This document shows, in pieces, positions 38,881 through 48,151 of a stretch of 64,000 bases of DNA. Each line of letters begins with the position of its first letter. The first letter of the stretch is position 1. Source of the DNA: Candidatus Binatia bacterium (lineage in GTDB: Bacteria; Desulfobacterota; Binatia; UBA9968; JAJDTQ01); the NCBI GenBank assembly GCA_963666515.2, contig OY762897.2, positions 2,144,001 to 2,208,000 on the forward strand, read 5' to 3'. A program made the position numbers and the translations under genes. Under the pieces are notes generated by a model that saw nothing but the letters and a program-made list of their open reading frames with translations, ran no database searches and was not told the DNA's origin.

Positions 38881-40011
38881 ATGAGCGAGCGAATCATCTC
38901 GGCTGACGGACACATGGACCTCTTCTATCTCGACGAGGATACCTTCCGGTCCCGGGCTCCGGCGAACCTGAAGGACCGAGTGCCCAACGTACATACGGTG
39001 GACGGGAAGCCCACGTGGGTGGGCGACGGCGCGGTGATGGGCGGGCATCGGGCTTGGATGGGCAGGCAGCCCATGACCAACCACCGGGGGCGGCGGATGC
39101 GCGAGGCCGGGTGGGAACCCACGCACCCTTCGGACCCGAAGTTGCGGGCCAAGGACATGGAAATCGACAACATCGCGGCCGAGGTCATCTACGGCATCCG
39201 CTTCGTGGAGGACAGCATCAAGGACCCGGACGTGATCACCGCCACCTACCGGGCCTACAACGACTTCATCGCCGAGTTCTGCGAGTACGATGCCAACCGC
39301 TTCATCGGCATCGCGGATATCCCGGCCCACTCGCCCGACGCCGCGGCCGCGGAGGTCCGCCGCATCGGCAGGAACGGGTTGGGGCTCAAGGGCGCGCTGT
39401 TCGACTTCTTCAACGGCCCCGCGCCCATCTGGCACGAGATGTGGGAGCCCATGTGGGCCGCGGCCGAGGAGGAGGAAGTGGCGCTGTCGTTCCACATCGG
39501 AGCGGGCCACGGCACCACCACGGTGGGACCCCGGAGCGCGGAGGAGAAGCTCAGGGGCGATACCCCGAAGGTTTCCCGGGAAGCGCACATCGCGGTGGTG
39601 GCGATGCAGGCCGACGAGTGCCTCGTGTCGATCATTCTGTGCGGCGCGCTGGAGCGCCATCCCGCCCTCAAGGTGGTCATGGCCGAGAGCCACATCGGCT
39701 GGATCCCCTACGTGCTGGAGCGGCTCGACACCAAGTTCCGGGAAGGCGAGTACGAGGGCATGATCAGCACGCCGCCGAGCACGCTGTTCCAGCGCCAGAT
39801 GTGGGCCACGTTCCAGGACGACAAGGTCGGCGCGCAGCTTGCGGAAGAATACGCCCCGGAAAACTTCTGCTGGGCGTCGGACTATCCCCACCGGGACGGC
39901 ATCTGGCCCGACTCGCAGGAGTTCATCGCCCAGACCATGGGCGGGTTGAGCGACAGGATGCGCAAGCGGCTTACCGCGGACAACGTGGCGCGGTTGTACA
40001 ATATCCAGTAG
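38881..40011 (+). CDS. Amidohydrolase_2 family metallo-hydrolase/decarboxylase
   Basis: ISADGH, SFHI, GALERHP.LKVVMAE..IGW, WASDYPH. Confidence 0.85.
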   Translation: MSERIISADGHMDLFYLDEDTFRSRAPANLKDRVPNVHTVDGKPTWVGDGAVMGGHRAWMGRQPMTNHRGRRMREAGWEPTHPSDPKLRAKDMEIDNIAAEVIYGIRFVEDSIKDPDVITATYRAYNDFIAEFCEYDANRFIGIADIPAHSPDAAAAEVRRIGRNGLGLKGALFDFFNGPAPIWHEMWEPMWAAAEEEEVALSFHIGAGHGTTTVGPRSAEEKLRGDTPKVSREAHIAVVAMQADECLVSIILCGALERHPALKVVMAESHIGWIPYVLERLDTKFREGEYEGMISTPPSTLFQRQMWATFQDDKVGAQLAEEYAPENFCWASDYPHRDGIWPDSQEFIAQTMGGLSDRMRKRLTADNVARLYNIQ

Positions 40012-40018
40012 TCCGTCG

Positions 40019-40645
40019 CTACAGGATCCTGATCTTCGCGCGGTTGTAGGCGGCCATGGAGGCGGCTGACGCGCGGCTCTGCGGGTAGTCGGCGGCGTCG
40101 AGGCTCCACACCATGGTGTCGCGCGCGAGACCGTCGGCGTCGGTCTTGTTGCCGTAGAGGGTCGAGCGGTGGACGTAGCCGAGCTTCTCGGCCACCCGGG
40201 CGCTGGCTTGGTTGCGCGGGTCGCAACGTATCTCGACCCGCTCCACCCGGTTGATCTCGAAGGCCACCCGCGTGAGCGCGCCCGTGGACTCGGTGGCCAA
40301 GCCCTGGTTGGCGTGGGGCTGGGCGATCCAGTAGCCGATCTCCCGCGCGTCCTTGTTCTCCCGGGTGTGCAGGCCGGTGCCGCCGATGATGCGTACGCCG
40401 TCGGCGCCGAAGATGCCGTAGACGTAGTCCCGCCGTGACAGGAAGTCGTCCCGGAACCGCCGCAGCCGCTCCGTCTTCATCTCCAGCGATTCCGGCTCCT
40501 GCCGCGCCCAGTCCATCCACGGGCGCAGGTAGTCCAGGTTGTCGTTGATCGCCCGCTGCAGCAGGTTGGCGTCCGTCGGATGCCAGCAACGGAGGATCAG
40601 GCGCGGCGTGTGAATGCTGTATGCCAGTCCCGAGGGGCGAGCCAT
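40019..40645 (-). CDS. GNAT N-acetyltransferase, RimJ/RimL type
   Basis: TPRLILR, EIGYWI....QGLATE, N.AS.RVAEKLGY. Confidence 0.85.
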   Translation of the reverse strand: MARPSGLAYSIHTPRLILRCWHPTDANLLQRAINDNLDYLRPWMDWARQEPESLEMKTERLRRFRDDFLSRRDYVYGIFGADGVRIIGGTGLHTRENKDAREIGYWIAQPHANQGLATESTGALTRVAFEINRVERVEIRCDPRNQASARVAEKLGYVHRSTLYGNKTDADGLARDTMVWSLDAADYPQSRASAASMAAYNRAKIRIL

Positions 40646-40700
40646 CTACCCGGTGTCCTGCCTCGAGGCCCGCCCCTCGGCGGCGGAAACGTGGCGCCCG

Positions 40701-41741
40701 CTACTTCTTGACAGCAAAGGTCTTCTTGATGGTGGACATCAGCTCCGGCGGCAGCTTGGCGATGTTGGCCACGAGCCGTTCCACCTCCTCGCCGGAGACG
40801 GGCGTGATGTCGAACTTGCCCTTTGCCTCGGCCAGGAGCTTGGGGTCCTTGGTGGCGGCGTCGAACGCCCGGCGCAGGATCATCACCCGGTCCTTGGGCG
40901 TCCCCGGAGGAAGCGAGTAGGGCCGGTTGAGCGAGCCGCCGATATCGTGGACCACGGTCTTCATGACCACCCTTCCCTCCTCGGTCTTCATCTGGTCGAT
41001 GCCCAGGGGCACCTTGGTGAGGTCGTAATGGGGCTTGTCCACGAATTGCAGCAGCACGCGCACGTCGCCGCTCTTCAGCGCCGCGGCCCAGGGGTTCTTG
41101 AGTCCTTCCCAACTCGCGCACACGCCGCCTACCTCGCCCCGCTCCGCCGCCAGCCGCACCGGCGCCGTGCCGCCGTAGCCCTCGATGAGCTTGAGGGGAA
41201 GGTCCGTGTGCTTGCCCAGGATCATCGGGATGTCCGACATGGTGGAGCCGGGCCGCTGGCCGCCGAACTTGAGCGGCTGCTTGGCCGTGCGCCAGGCTGC
41301 CAGGTCGGCGACGCCGCTGGTCTTGTGGGCCATGCATACGTTGTGGATGCGCACCGGCGCGCCGACCCACTCGAACTTGGCCGCGTCGAACTTCACCCCC
41401 TTGTCCCCCAGGTACTGCTGCAGGATGAGGCCGCCGATCCACATACCCATGGTCAGCCCGTCGGGCTTGGCCTTGTTGTACATGTAGTTGGCGGTGATGC
41501 GGCCGCCGGCTCCGGGGCGGTTCTGGACGATCATCGTGGGGTTGCCCGGTATATGCCTGGGCATGTGCCGGGCCATCATTCGCGAGTAGGCGTCAAAACC
41601 GCCGCCGGGGGAGGCCGCGACCATGATGTGCATGGTCTTGCCGGCGAAGAAGCTGTCGGCGGCATGCGTTGCCGAAGCGAAAGCGAAAATGGCAAGGGCC
41701 GCGAAAAGAGACAAAGACGAAAGCACGAGTTTCCGGGTCAT
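40701..41741 (-). CDS. TTT substrate-binding protein (Bug/TctC family)
   Basis: Signal peptide; SPGGGFD, HIPGNP, VQNRPGAG, KPDGLT. Confidence 0.85.
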   Translation of the reverse strand: MTRKLVLSSLSLFAALAIFAFASATHAADSFFAGKTMHIMVAASPGGGFDAYSRMMARHMPRHIPGNPTMIVQNRPGAGGRITANYMYNKAKPDGLTMGMWIGGLILQQYLGDKGVKFDAAKFEWVGAPVRIHNVCMAHKTSGVADLAAWRTAKQPLKFGGQRPGSTMSDIPMILGKHTDLPLKLIEGYGGTAPVRLAAERGEVGGVCASWEGLKNPWAAALKSGDVRVLLQFVDKPHYDLTKVPLGIDQMKTEEGRVVMKTVVHDIGGSLNRPYSLPPGTPKDRVMILRRAFDAATKDPKLLAEAKGKFDITPVSGEEVERLVANIAKLPPELMSTIKKTFAVKK

Positions 41742-41820
41742 GGCGTCCTCCAGTGTCGTCGCGGTTGACGGGTGTTTGAAACAACAACGGTCAAGTTGCC
41801 TACCCTATACCACAGGCACC

Positions 41821-42213
41821 CTATTGCGATTCAAACGGATAATGGCCTATGGACATGAGCCGCACGGCTGGCAGCTTCCTCAGTTGCCGGTTGAGCGGAT
41901 CGACTTCGATCCCCAGGGACTCCAGTGCCGTTACCCCGAGCAGCGGCTCGGTGTTCGCATCGCCGAAAAGGACCGTGCCCCCGACGACCTCTCCCATGAG
42001 CTCGATTCGCGCAACCGCGACGTCCATCGCAACTTCACTGCCGTTCGCCAGCAGGTATCTCCGCTGCCCTTCGGGCTCGATACCGATGGCTTCCAGGTGT
42101 TGCCTCGGGACGACGCTGTCGGTGGCGCCCGTGTCCACCACGAAGACCCCTTCCCAGGCCTTGTCCCGGTCGGCGGGGTTGCTGATGACTACTTTGGCGT
42201 TGACGACACCCAT
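41821..42213 (-). CDS. Clan AA (retropepsin-like) aspartic protease
   Basis: VVDTGA catalytic motif, LANG flap, PLLGVTALE. Confidence 0.85.
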   Translation of the reverse strand: MGVVNAKVVISNPADRDKAWEGVFVVDTGATDSVVPRQHLEAIGIEPEGQRRYLLANGSEVAMDVAVARIELMGEVVGGTVLFGDANTEPLLGVTALESLGIEVDPLNRQLRKLPAVRLMSIGHYPFESQ

Positions 42214-42267
42214 CTTGCATTCCTCCTTCCCCCGGGCCGGATAACTGGCTCCGGCGCCGGACCCGGC

Positions 42268-45200
42268 TCAGGCGAGCTTCAACTCGTCGGATACCTGGGA
42301 CAGCAGCTCGTTGATTTCCTCTACGGCTTCCGGTGCGGGAGCGGTCTCGCCGCCGAACTCGACCCGGACGTTGAACCGAAGGTCATGACCCACCGCGGCC
42401 TTGGCGATGTTCGGCACTTGGTCCGCCAGATCCTGGATGCCGTTGACCTCCAGGACCGCCTCGGCCGTTAGCAGCCCCTGGGGCTTCGGTGTCGGGGGCT
42501 TGACGTCACCGTCACCTTTCGGAACACGGAGGATGACGTGCCTGGCCCCGGCGAGGTCGCACGGCCAGGCGCCGCCCCCGTCGCCAAGCTCGATCCATCG
42601 CGCCCGGATACCGTCCTCTATGGCCGACTGCACGGTGAACCAGGGCAGGTTCATGCCGCGCCGGGCCGACAGCGCGGTGGCGACGGCGAGCGCGTTGGTC
42701 TCGCCATCCTTCCAGGCATCGGGGATCGCCTCGGCCATCAGCTCGTGAACCTCGAACCGCTCGGGGGGCGGGTGCAGCATCGCCGCGGCACCGAGGACCC
42801 CTGCGGGCACGGGCTCCTTCAGGATCGAAGCCGGTCCGTTGGTCAGCCACACGAGCCCGTTCTCCACGGCCTGTGAAACCGCCGCTTCCACGTCCTCCGG
42901 CTCGCACTTCGGCAACGTGACGGTCTCTTCATAGCCGTCCATCGGGACCGTCACGGTGTGGCCGCCGGCAAAGTAGTCGCACACGTCCTGGACGCTGATC
43001 CCTCCTTCGCGCCACAGTCCGGGCAGCTTTTCCGGTTCGAACAGCTCGGCCGGCAGCTCACTGAGTGTCACGGCTTCGGGCAATAAGACCTCCAGACCCG
43101 AGTCCTTGAGCGCAGGCTCGTCGATGGCCGTGCGCCAGAACGTTCTGACGGTCCTGTCAGGACGCAACAGCCGTGCCACCCATATCCCCTGGCGGACGCC
43201 CTGCACGACGGTATCGAGTATCTCCTTCGTCCGCAGCATCTTGGGCAGCTTGGGAAACTGGGCGAACGCTCCCACCAGGTCCTTCACCCGGCGCCCATCC
43301 TCCCCTTCCCGCCACAGGTCGTACGGACCGCCCGGCAGCATCGCCTCCGAGTTGATGGCCGTCTCCTGGATGCGGGAGCGCCTGTCCGCCTTGATGATCG
43401 TGAACAGGGGTTCGTCCGTCACCACCACCTTGAAGGCCTGGACGTCGTCGTTTTCGTTCACTGTGACGACAATGGAATATGCCTGGGTGACGGCGTCCGG
43501 GACGCGCTTCCGCGCAGCGTCCAGCTCCCTGGCGAGCATCTGCTCCCGGACGAGGTCGATGGACTGGTCCTTGAGCTGGTCGCGGACCTCCACCCAGCCG
43601 AGATATTCGCGCACGCGCGTGCGCGCCGCTTCGAGGCCGTCCCGCGAAGGAACGACCAGGACGACGGCATTGCGGTAGACCCGGGGCTTGTCGGCGGCGG
43701 TGGTCTCGTCGATGAACCGCCGTGCATCCGTGTTGGGCTTGCCGGACTCGGAGGCCGCCTTCGGTCCGAGGATGCCGTAGTGGAAATCGCCGTCGTCGGC
43801 GACGTCGCGCGGCCGCTCCGGCAGGTTGTGCACCTTCGCGCCCGCCGCCGCAGCGCCCGACGTGAGCGTCTTGCGTTTCTCGATGGCGTCGATGAGCTGC
43901 GATTCCACGAGTTCGGGCGGCACCCGCGTGGTGCACGCGTCGTGGTGCATCTGGCGCAGGTTGGGACGGTTGCCAAGCCGCCACCCCTTGGGCAGTTGCG
44001 GGGCGCCTTCCGGACCGGCGCCGCCCGTGGCCACCTGCACCTCGTCCAGGAACCAGGACAGTTCCGTCCAGCGGCGCAGGGCTTTCTCCAGCTCGATCCT
44101 GTCGGGACCGCCGGCTCCCAGCAGCGCCATCAACTCCGGCGTCGAAGCCTTGTGGCCGATGGGTTGAGAGTTGAGGAAAACCGCAATCACCGCCTGCTCG
44201 ATCTCCCGGTGGCGCAAACCCGCGGCCTCCGACTGAATCGTCCGCGCCTTGACCAGCTCGCCTTCGACGATGGGCCGCCACTCCTGCCCCCCGGCCGCTT
44301 CACCCACGCTGGCGAAAGACGCCAACTCGCTCGCGGCTTCCGCAAGGTCGTTCCTTTCCGGTTCGGCAAGCAGCACGTTGGGGCCCACCAGCGGGCTCGT
44401 GTCCCACTTCTCCGCGTCCCGTAGCGCAATGGCGAAGGTCCGCAGGATGCCGCGCGTGCGCTGGAAGCCCTCGACCTGGGTCCAGCGGGTGTAGAAGACC
44501 TCGGTGAGGTCCGGGTGAAAGGGATAGCTCTCCAGGTAGCGCTTTTCCGCGGCCTCGCGCTCCTTGCGAGTGCCCTCGTCAAGCGCGGCGATGCTGGCCG
44601 CGGCCGAGGTCACGTGCGGACGGAAAGCGTCGGTATCGCGAATCGATTCGGGTTTGAAGAAACGGCGCCGGAGAACCTCGGCCACGTCCTCCTTGCTCAC
44701 CGGGCTGGCGTCTTCCTCCTTCTGGCGGCCGAAGATCTCCGACACCTCTCGCAGCAACTCGCTGCCGAATTCATCGTTTTTCCGCGGGTCCGAGGCCAGC
44801 AGCGACGCCACCAGGGCGCAACGGTCCACCTTGACCACCGCTTGCGTCAGGTACTGGAAGAAGCTCATCAGGAGTCCGCGCCACGAGGGCTCGATCCGGG
44901 CGCGCATGTACATCAGCACCTCGTCCAGCAGCACCAGGGTCGAAAGCCCCTCCTTCTGTGGCGCCGACAACAGCTCCGCCAGGAGCGGCTCCGCAGGCGG
45001 CGTATCCCGCTCCTGGTCCTTGCCCTCGGCGTGGATCAGGCGGAGACCGTCCGGCCCGGCAAGCTGAAACGCCAGGATGCTCCACGGATGCCTGAGCATC
45101 CTCACGGTTCCGTCGGGCGCCCGCGTCTCGACCCCTTTCTCCAGGTCGATCTTGTCGAAGCACAGCGCCGCCACCCGCGCCTTGGGCGCCCGGGAACCGA

Positions 45201-45567
45201 TGTGCGCCTCGAAGTCCTGCACCGCCGACAGGTCGGGCAGCGCCGCCGGATCATGCACCAGGTGCCTGAGAGTGATGAGCGTATGAGTCTTGCCGCCGCC
45301 GTAGTTGACCGAGAGCTTCCTGCACGCCTTGTCGCTCTTGCCCGCCAGCCGAACGCACACGTCCTTGACCAACTCGCGCAGGTTGTAAGTCGGGTACGTC
45401 AGCGCGAAGAACTCCGCCGGGTCCTCGTACACCGGCCGACGGCCCTTCTGCATCATCACGTCGTGCAGGTCCGCGGCGAACACGGCCAACGAAAGCTCTC
45501 CGGTCTTGAGGTCGTCGCGCAACTGCACGACCTCGTGCCAGGGCTTCCGGGAAGGTTGGGTTGTCAT
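42268..45567 (-). CDS. DUF499 family AAA+ ATPase (BrxC/PglY-related)
   Basis: PW.EVV, FAADL, EFFALTYPT, GGGKTH, LLDE, YPFHP, FQRTRG.LR. Confidence 0.85.
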   Translation of the reverse strand: MTTQPSRKPWHEVVQLRDDLKTGELSLAVFAADLHDVMMQKGRRPVYEDPAEFFALTYPTYNLRELVKDVCVRLAGKSDKACRKLSVNYGGGKTHTLITLRHLVHDPAALPDLSAVQDFEAHIGSRAPKARVAALCFDKIDLEKGVETRAPDGTVRMLRHPWSILAFQLAGPDGLRLIHAEGKDQERDTPPAEPLLAELLSAPQKEGLSTLVLLDEVLMYMRARIEPSWRGLLMSFFQYLTQAVVKVDRCALVASLLASDPRKNDEFGSELLREVSEIFGRQKEEDASPVSKEDVAEVLRRRFFKPESIRDTDAFRPHVTSAAASIAALDEGTRKEREAAEKRYLESYPFHPDLTEVFYTRWTQVEGFQRTRGILRTFAIALRDAEKWDTSPLVGPNVLLAEPERNDLAEAASELASFASVGEAAGGQEWRPIVEGELVKARTIQSEAAGLRHREIEQAVIAVFLNSQPIGHKASTPELMALLGAGGPDRIELEKALRRWTELSWFLDEVQVATGGAGPEGAPQLPKGWRLGNRPNLRQMHHDACTTRVPPELVESQLIDAIEKRKTLTSGAAAAGAKVHNLPERPRDVADDGDFHYGILGPKAASESGKPNTDARRFIDETTAADKPRVYRNAVVLVVPSRDGLEAARTRVREYLGWVEVRDQLKDQSIDLVREQMLARELDAARKRVPDAVTQAYSIVVTVNENDDVQAFKVVVTDEPLFTIIKADRRSRIQETAINSEAMLPGGPYDLWREGEDGRRVKDLVGAFAQFPKLPKMLRTKEILDTVVQGVRQGIWVARLLRPDRTVRTFWRTAIDEPALKDSGLEVLLPEAVTLSELPAELFEPEKLPGLWREGGISVQDVCDYFAGGHTVTVPMDGYEETVTLPKCEPEDVEAAVSQAVENGLVWLTNGPASILKEPVPAGVLGAAAMLHPPPERFEVHELMAEAIPDAWKDGETNALAVATALSARRGMNLPWFTVQSAIEDGIRARWIELGDGGGAWPCDLAGARHVILRVPKGDGDVKPPTPKPQGLLTAEAVLEVNGIQDLADQVPNIAKAAVGHDLRFNVRVEFGGETAPAPEAVEEINELLSQVSDELKLA

Positions 45568-45574
45568 GCTGTCC

Positions 45575-46207
45575 TCATTCGCCGAGATCACGCCTCCCGG
45601 AAGGAAACCACTTGCTCAGGATACTCTTGAGTTCCAGAAACGCCGTATCGGTGCATCGACGCAAAGAAACCCTTTCCGCAATCTGTTGATACAGGGAAGC
45701 ACTCCGCGGTTTTTGCGCTTCACGCAGGGCCGCTTCAAATGCCTCTTTGGGCCGCCCCGGCTTAACCTCGCCCACTCGCAAGTATTTCTGCTCGATCAAC
45801 CAGGGGCGGAGTTTGGGATCACGGTTTCTCCAGCCTGCTACGACATCGACGTGCGGAGAATCACTCCAAATCCACGCTTCCAACTCTGGGGACAGCACGA
45901 CCGCCCTCGCCCGTTCGCCCCAAACCGAGCCGGCAAACGCCTCGTTGAGCGTTGTCTGGAGGTCTTGAGGCGTCGTGGCTTCCCTTCCGCTTCCCATGTG
46001 GTCGAATATGAGCAACCCATGGCCATAGTCCGCAGAGAGGTTGACCAGGAAATCAACGCCGCGCAATGCACAGGCAGGATCATGTTCCGGTTCCACAAAG
46101 ATATCGGCGTCGACGGGTCTGGTGCCCAACGCTTCTGGTCTTGCAAGCAATCCCTTCAGGACGTGTTCCAGATCCTTGTCCGCGGCAAGAATGACGATAT
46201 CCTTCAT
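45575..46207 (-). CDS. TOPRIM-like ATPase partner, resembles MADS MAD4
   Basis: KDIVILAADKD, LL.RP.ALG, HDP, PELEAWIW, PKEAFE; ATGA-coupled to the ATPase. Confidence 0.65.
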   Translation of the reverse strand: MKDIVILAADKDLEHVLKGLLARPEALGTRPVDADIFVEPEHDPACALRGVDFLVNLSADYGHGLLIFDHMGSGREATTPQDLQTTLNEAFAGSVWGERARAVVLSPELEAWIWSDSPHVDVVAGWRNRDPKLRPWLIEQKYLRVGEVKPGRPKEAFEAALREAQKPRSASLYQQIAERVSLRRCTDTAFLELKSILSKWFPSGRRDLGE

Positions 46208-47457
46208 CCCAAGACCCCTGATGCAAGCAACATGCCGAGCTTGGCTTCGCCATGCCACTGCTTGAGCCTGGGATGCTCGGAACCGAGCACGATGTCCGTT
46301 GCTCCCATCCCGTCTTTGGCGAAGCATAACACGTCGCGTATTCCAGCGGCGTTCAATACTACCGGCGAGTGCGTTGCCAGCAGCACCTGCGCGCCGTAAA
46401 CGGACGAAAGGGAATCGTACGCCGTCGCTATGGCTCTGGGATGGATGCCGTTCTCCGGTTCTTCGATCAGGTAGATGCCACGAAGATCATTGAGATAGGC
46501 GGGCAAGGTCAGGGCTGTCAGCCTGAGGGTGCCGTCAGAGACCATCCAGGACGGCACTTTCAATCCACCTTTGTACTCATAGACCATGTAGCAATGTCTG
46601 TCGTCCTTTCGTTCAACGGTCGTAATCTCCTCCAGATCAGTCAGCGCCGTACGGAGGTGTGCGATCCAATCCCGGTATCGGTCTCCAGCTTCTCCACGCA
46701 ACCGCTCAACGACCCACGGCAGATTCGATCCGTTGGGCAAGAAACCTGCCACTCGCGTCGGCGGACTGGCCTGCCTGATCGCAAGGCTGTTGAGAACAAA
46801 CTTCTGCACCCCGGAGCTCAGGTATTCTCGAAACCACATGGCCACGGGGAGAGCATTGACGTCCGCGGGGAGATTGCCGAGGGCCGACTTTTGCGGCCCC
46901 AGCTTGAACGACGGCGCCCAGCCTTTTCCCCCTCGGGGATAGGTTTCACTGTAGAAGTTGTCGTTCCCTCCCGGCACCTTGTTGACTACGGTCTTGTAGT
47001 TCCGGCCCTTGGTCAGCAACGACTTCGGCGCGTCGGGCGGCATGGGAAACAGTGAGCGCTGGAGCGGCTCCGTCCCATTGTCTTTCTTGAGCAGGAACTT
47101 CTCCGCCTTGAACTCGAACTGCAGTTGTGTCTCATCGAAACCGATCGCCACTTCATACCGCGCCGTGTCCAACTCCGGTCTCGCCGTCCGCTTCCGCAAC
47201 TCATCCGGTATCCGCGCTTCGATGGCCAGTTCCAACCTGTCTCCCTGACGCCGAAACAGGAGCTCTTGCGGGTTGTTGGTTCGGCCGGACGTGGCTGCGT
47301 CCAAACCCTCCGACAAAAGGTCCTGGAGAAAGCCAACGACATCGAGAAAAGTCGTTTTGCCGGACGCGTTCGGTCCCACCAGTACGTGAAACGGGTGAAG
47401 CGGCCTCGAGACGTACCGCAAGCATCGATAGTTCAGCGCTTCAACCAGTGTGATCAT
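46204..47457 (-). CDS. ABC/AAA_21 ATPase, resembles MADS MAD3
   Basis: NYRCLR, GPNASGKT, SDGTL, LIEEPENG, ATHSP. Confidence 0.8.
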   Translation of the reverse strand: MITLVEALNYRCLRYVSRPLHPFHVLVGPNASGKTTFLDVVGFLQDLLSEGLDAATSGRTNNPQELLFRRQGDRLELAIEARIPDELRKRTARPELDTARYEVAIGFDETQLQFEFKAEKFLLKKDNGTEPLQRSLFPMPPDAPKSLLTKGRNYKTVVNKVPGGNDNFYSETYPRGGKGWAPSFKLGPQKSALGNLPADVNALPVAMWFREYLSSGVQKFVLNSLAIRQASPPTRVAGFLPNGSNLPWVVERLRGEAGDRYRDWIAHLRTALTDLEEITTVERKDDRHCYMVYEYKGGLKVPSWMVSDGTLRLTALTLPAYLNDLRGIYLIEEPENGIHPRAIATAYDSLSSVYGAQVLLATHSPVVLNAAGIRDVLCFAKDGMGATDIVLGSEHPRLKQWHGEAKLGMLLASGVLG

Positions 47458-47493
47458 CCCTGCGCTCCATCCGGGTTCAGTGTTCAGAGGACC

Positions 47494-48147
47494 TCAGCGT
47501 GCGAGTTCCCGGAGTTTCCGTCGAAAGTACTGGAAACTGGGCGATGCGTTGTTTTCCACATCCATCAGCGGAGCGATCCTCTCCGCCCATGCCGACTTTT
47601 CCGCCCCTACTGCCTGCCATCCGTTCGATTTCAGCGCACCTGAACCGCCTGCGAATATGGCGTCAGCCAGAACTTCCCACGTGCCGCAAATCGAGTCGCT
47701 AGCGTAGCGGTTGAGGATATCGACCTTGGCGTTGGGATAGGCCGACCTGATCGCCGGGAGGTCTCCGAGCAGCCACGCTTCACCTTCTTCGATGGCGATG
47801 CAGAATCGAGTGGTCGGTCCAGGATTGCAAGCATTCAGCACGGCAAAGAGTTCCTGCCGAAATGTTTTCTGACACCTGTCGTCCAGGTCGCAAACCAAGA
47901 CCACCGCTGCTGGATAGTCGGCCGGGTAACCGGCAAATGCCCTGCCGTAGCCCTTGAGCAAACGGGGGAGTTGGTCAAGTAAAAGGCGCTTGCTGGCGTC
48001 GGTAACCCTCTTGAGGTTCCTTGGAATACGTCCGATTCCCCGGTATTTGGTCACCTTGAACGTGTGCTCACACCCGATCATCTTCGGGATCAAGATGTCA
48101 AGTGCCCTCTTGCCGGACGCGTCTTCGACAAGTACCTCGAAGTGCAT
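47494..48147 (-). CDS. DUF4276-like TOPRIM-fold protein
   Basis: HFEVLVED.SG, VLVCDLD, IEEGEAWLLGD, N.SPSF. Confidence 0.7.
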   Translation of the reverse strand: MHFEVLVEDASGKRALDILIPKMIGCEHTFKVTKYRGIGRIPRNLKRVTDASKRLLLDQLPRLLKGYGRAFAGYPADYPAAVVLVCDLDDRCQKTFRQELFAVLNACNPGPTTRFCIAIEEGEAWLLGDLPAIRSAYPNAKVDILNRYASDSICGTWEVLADAIFAGGSGALKSNGWQAVGAEKSAWAERIAPLMDVENNASPSFQYFRRKLRELAR

Positions 48148-48151
48148 CCCA

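Noticed and set aside
41765-41794. TTGAC-N20-GTCAA and TGTTT-G-AAACA inverted repeats upstream of the third TTT binding protein
   Set aside because: Arms too short to distinguish from chance without comparative data
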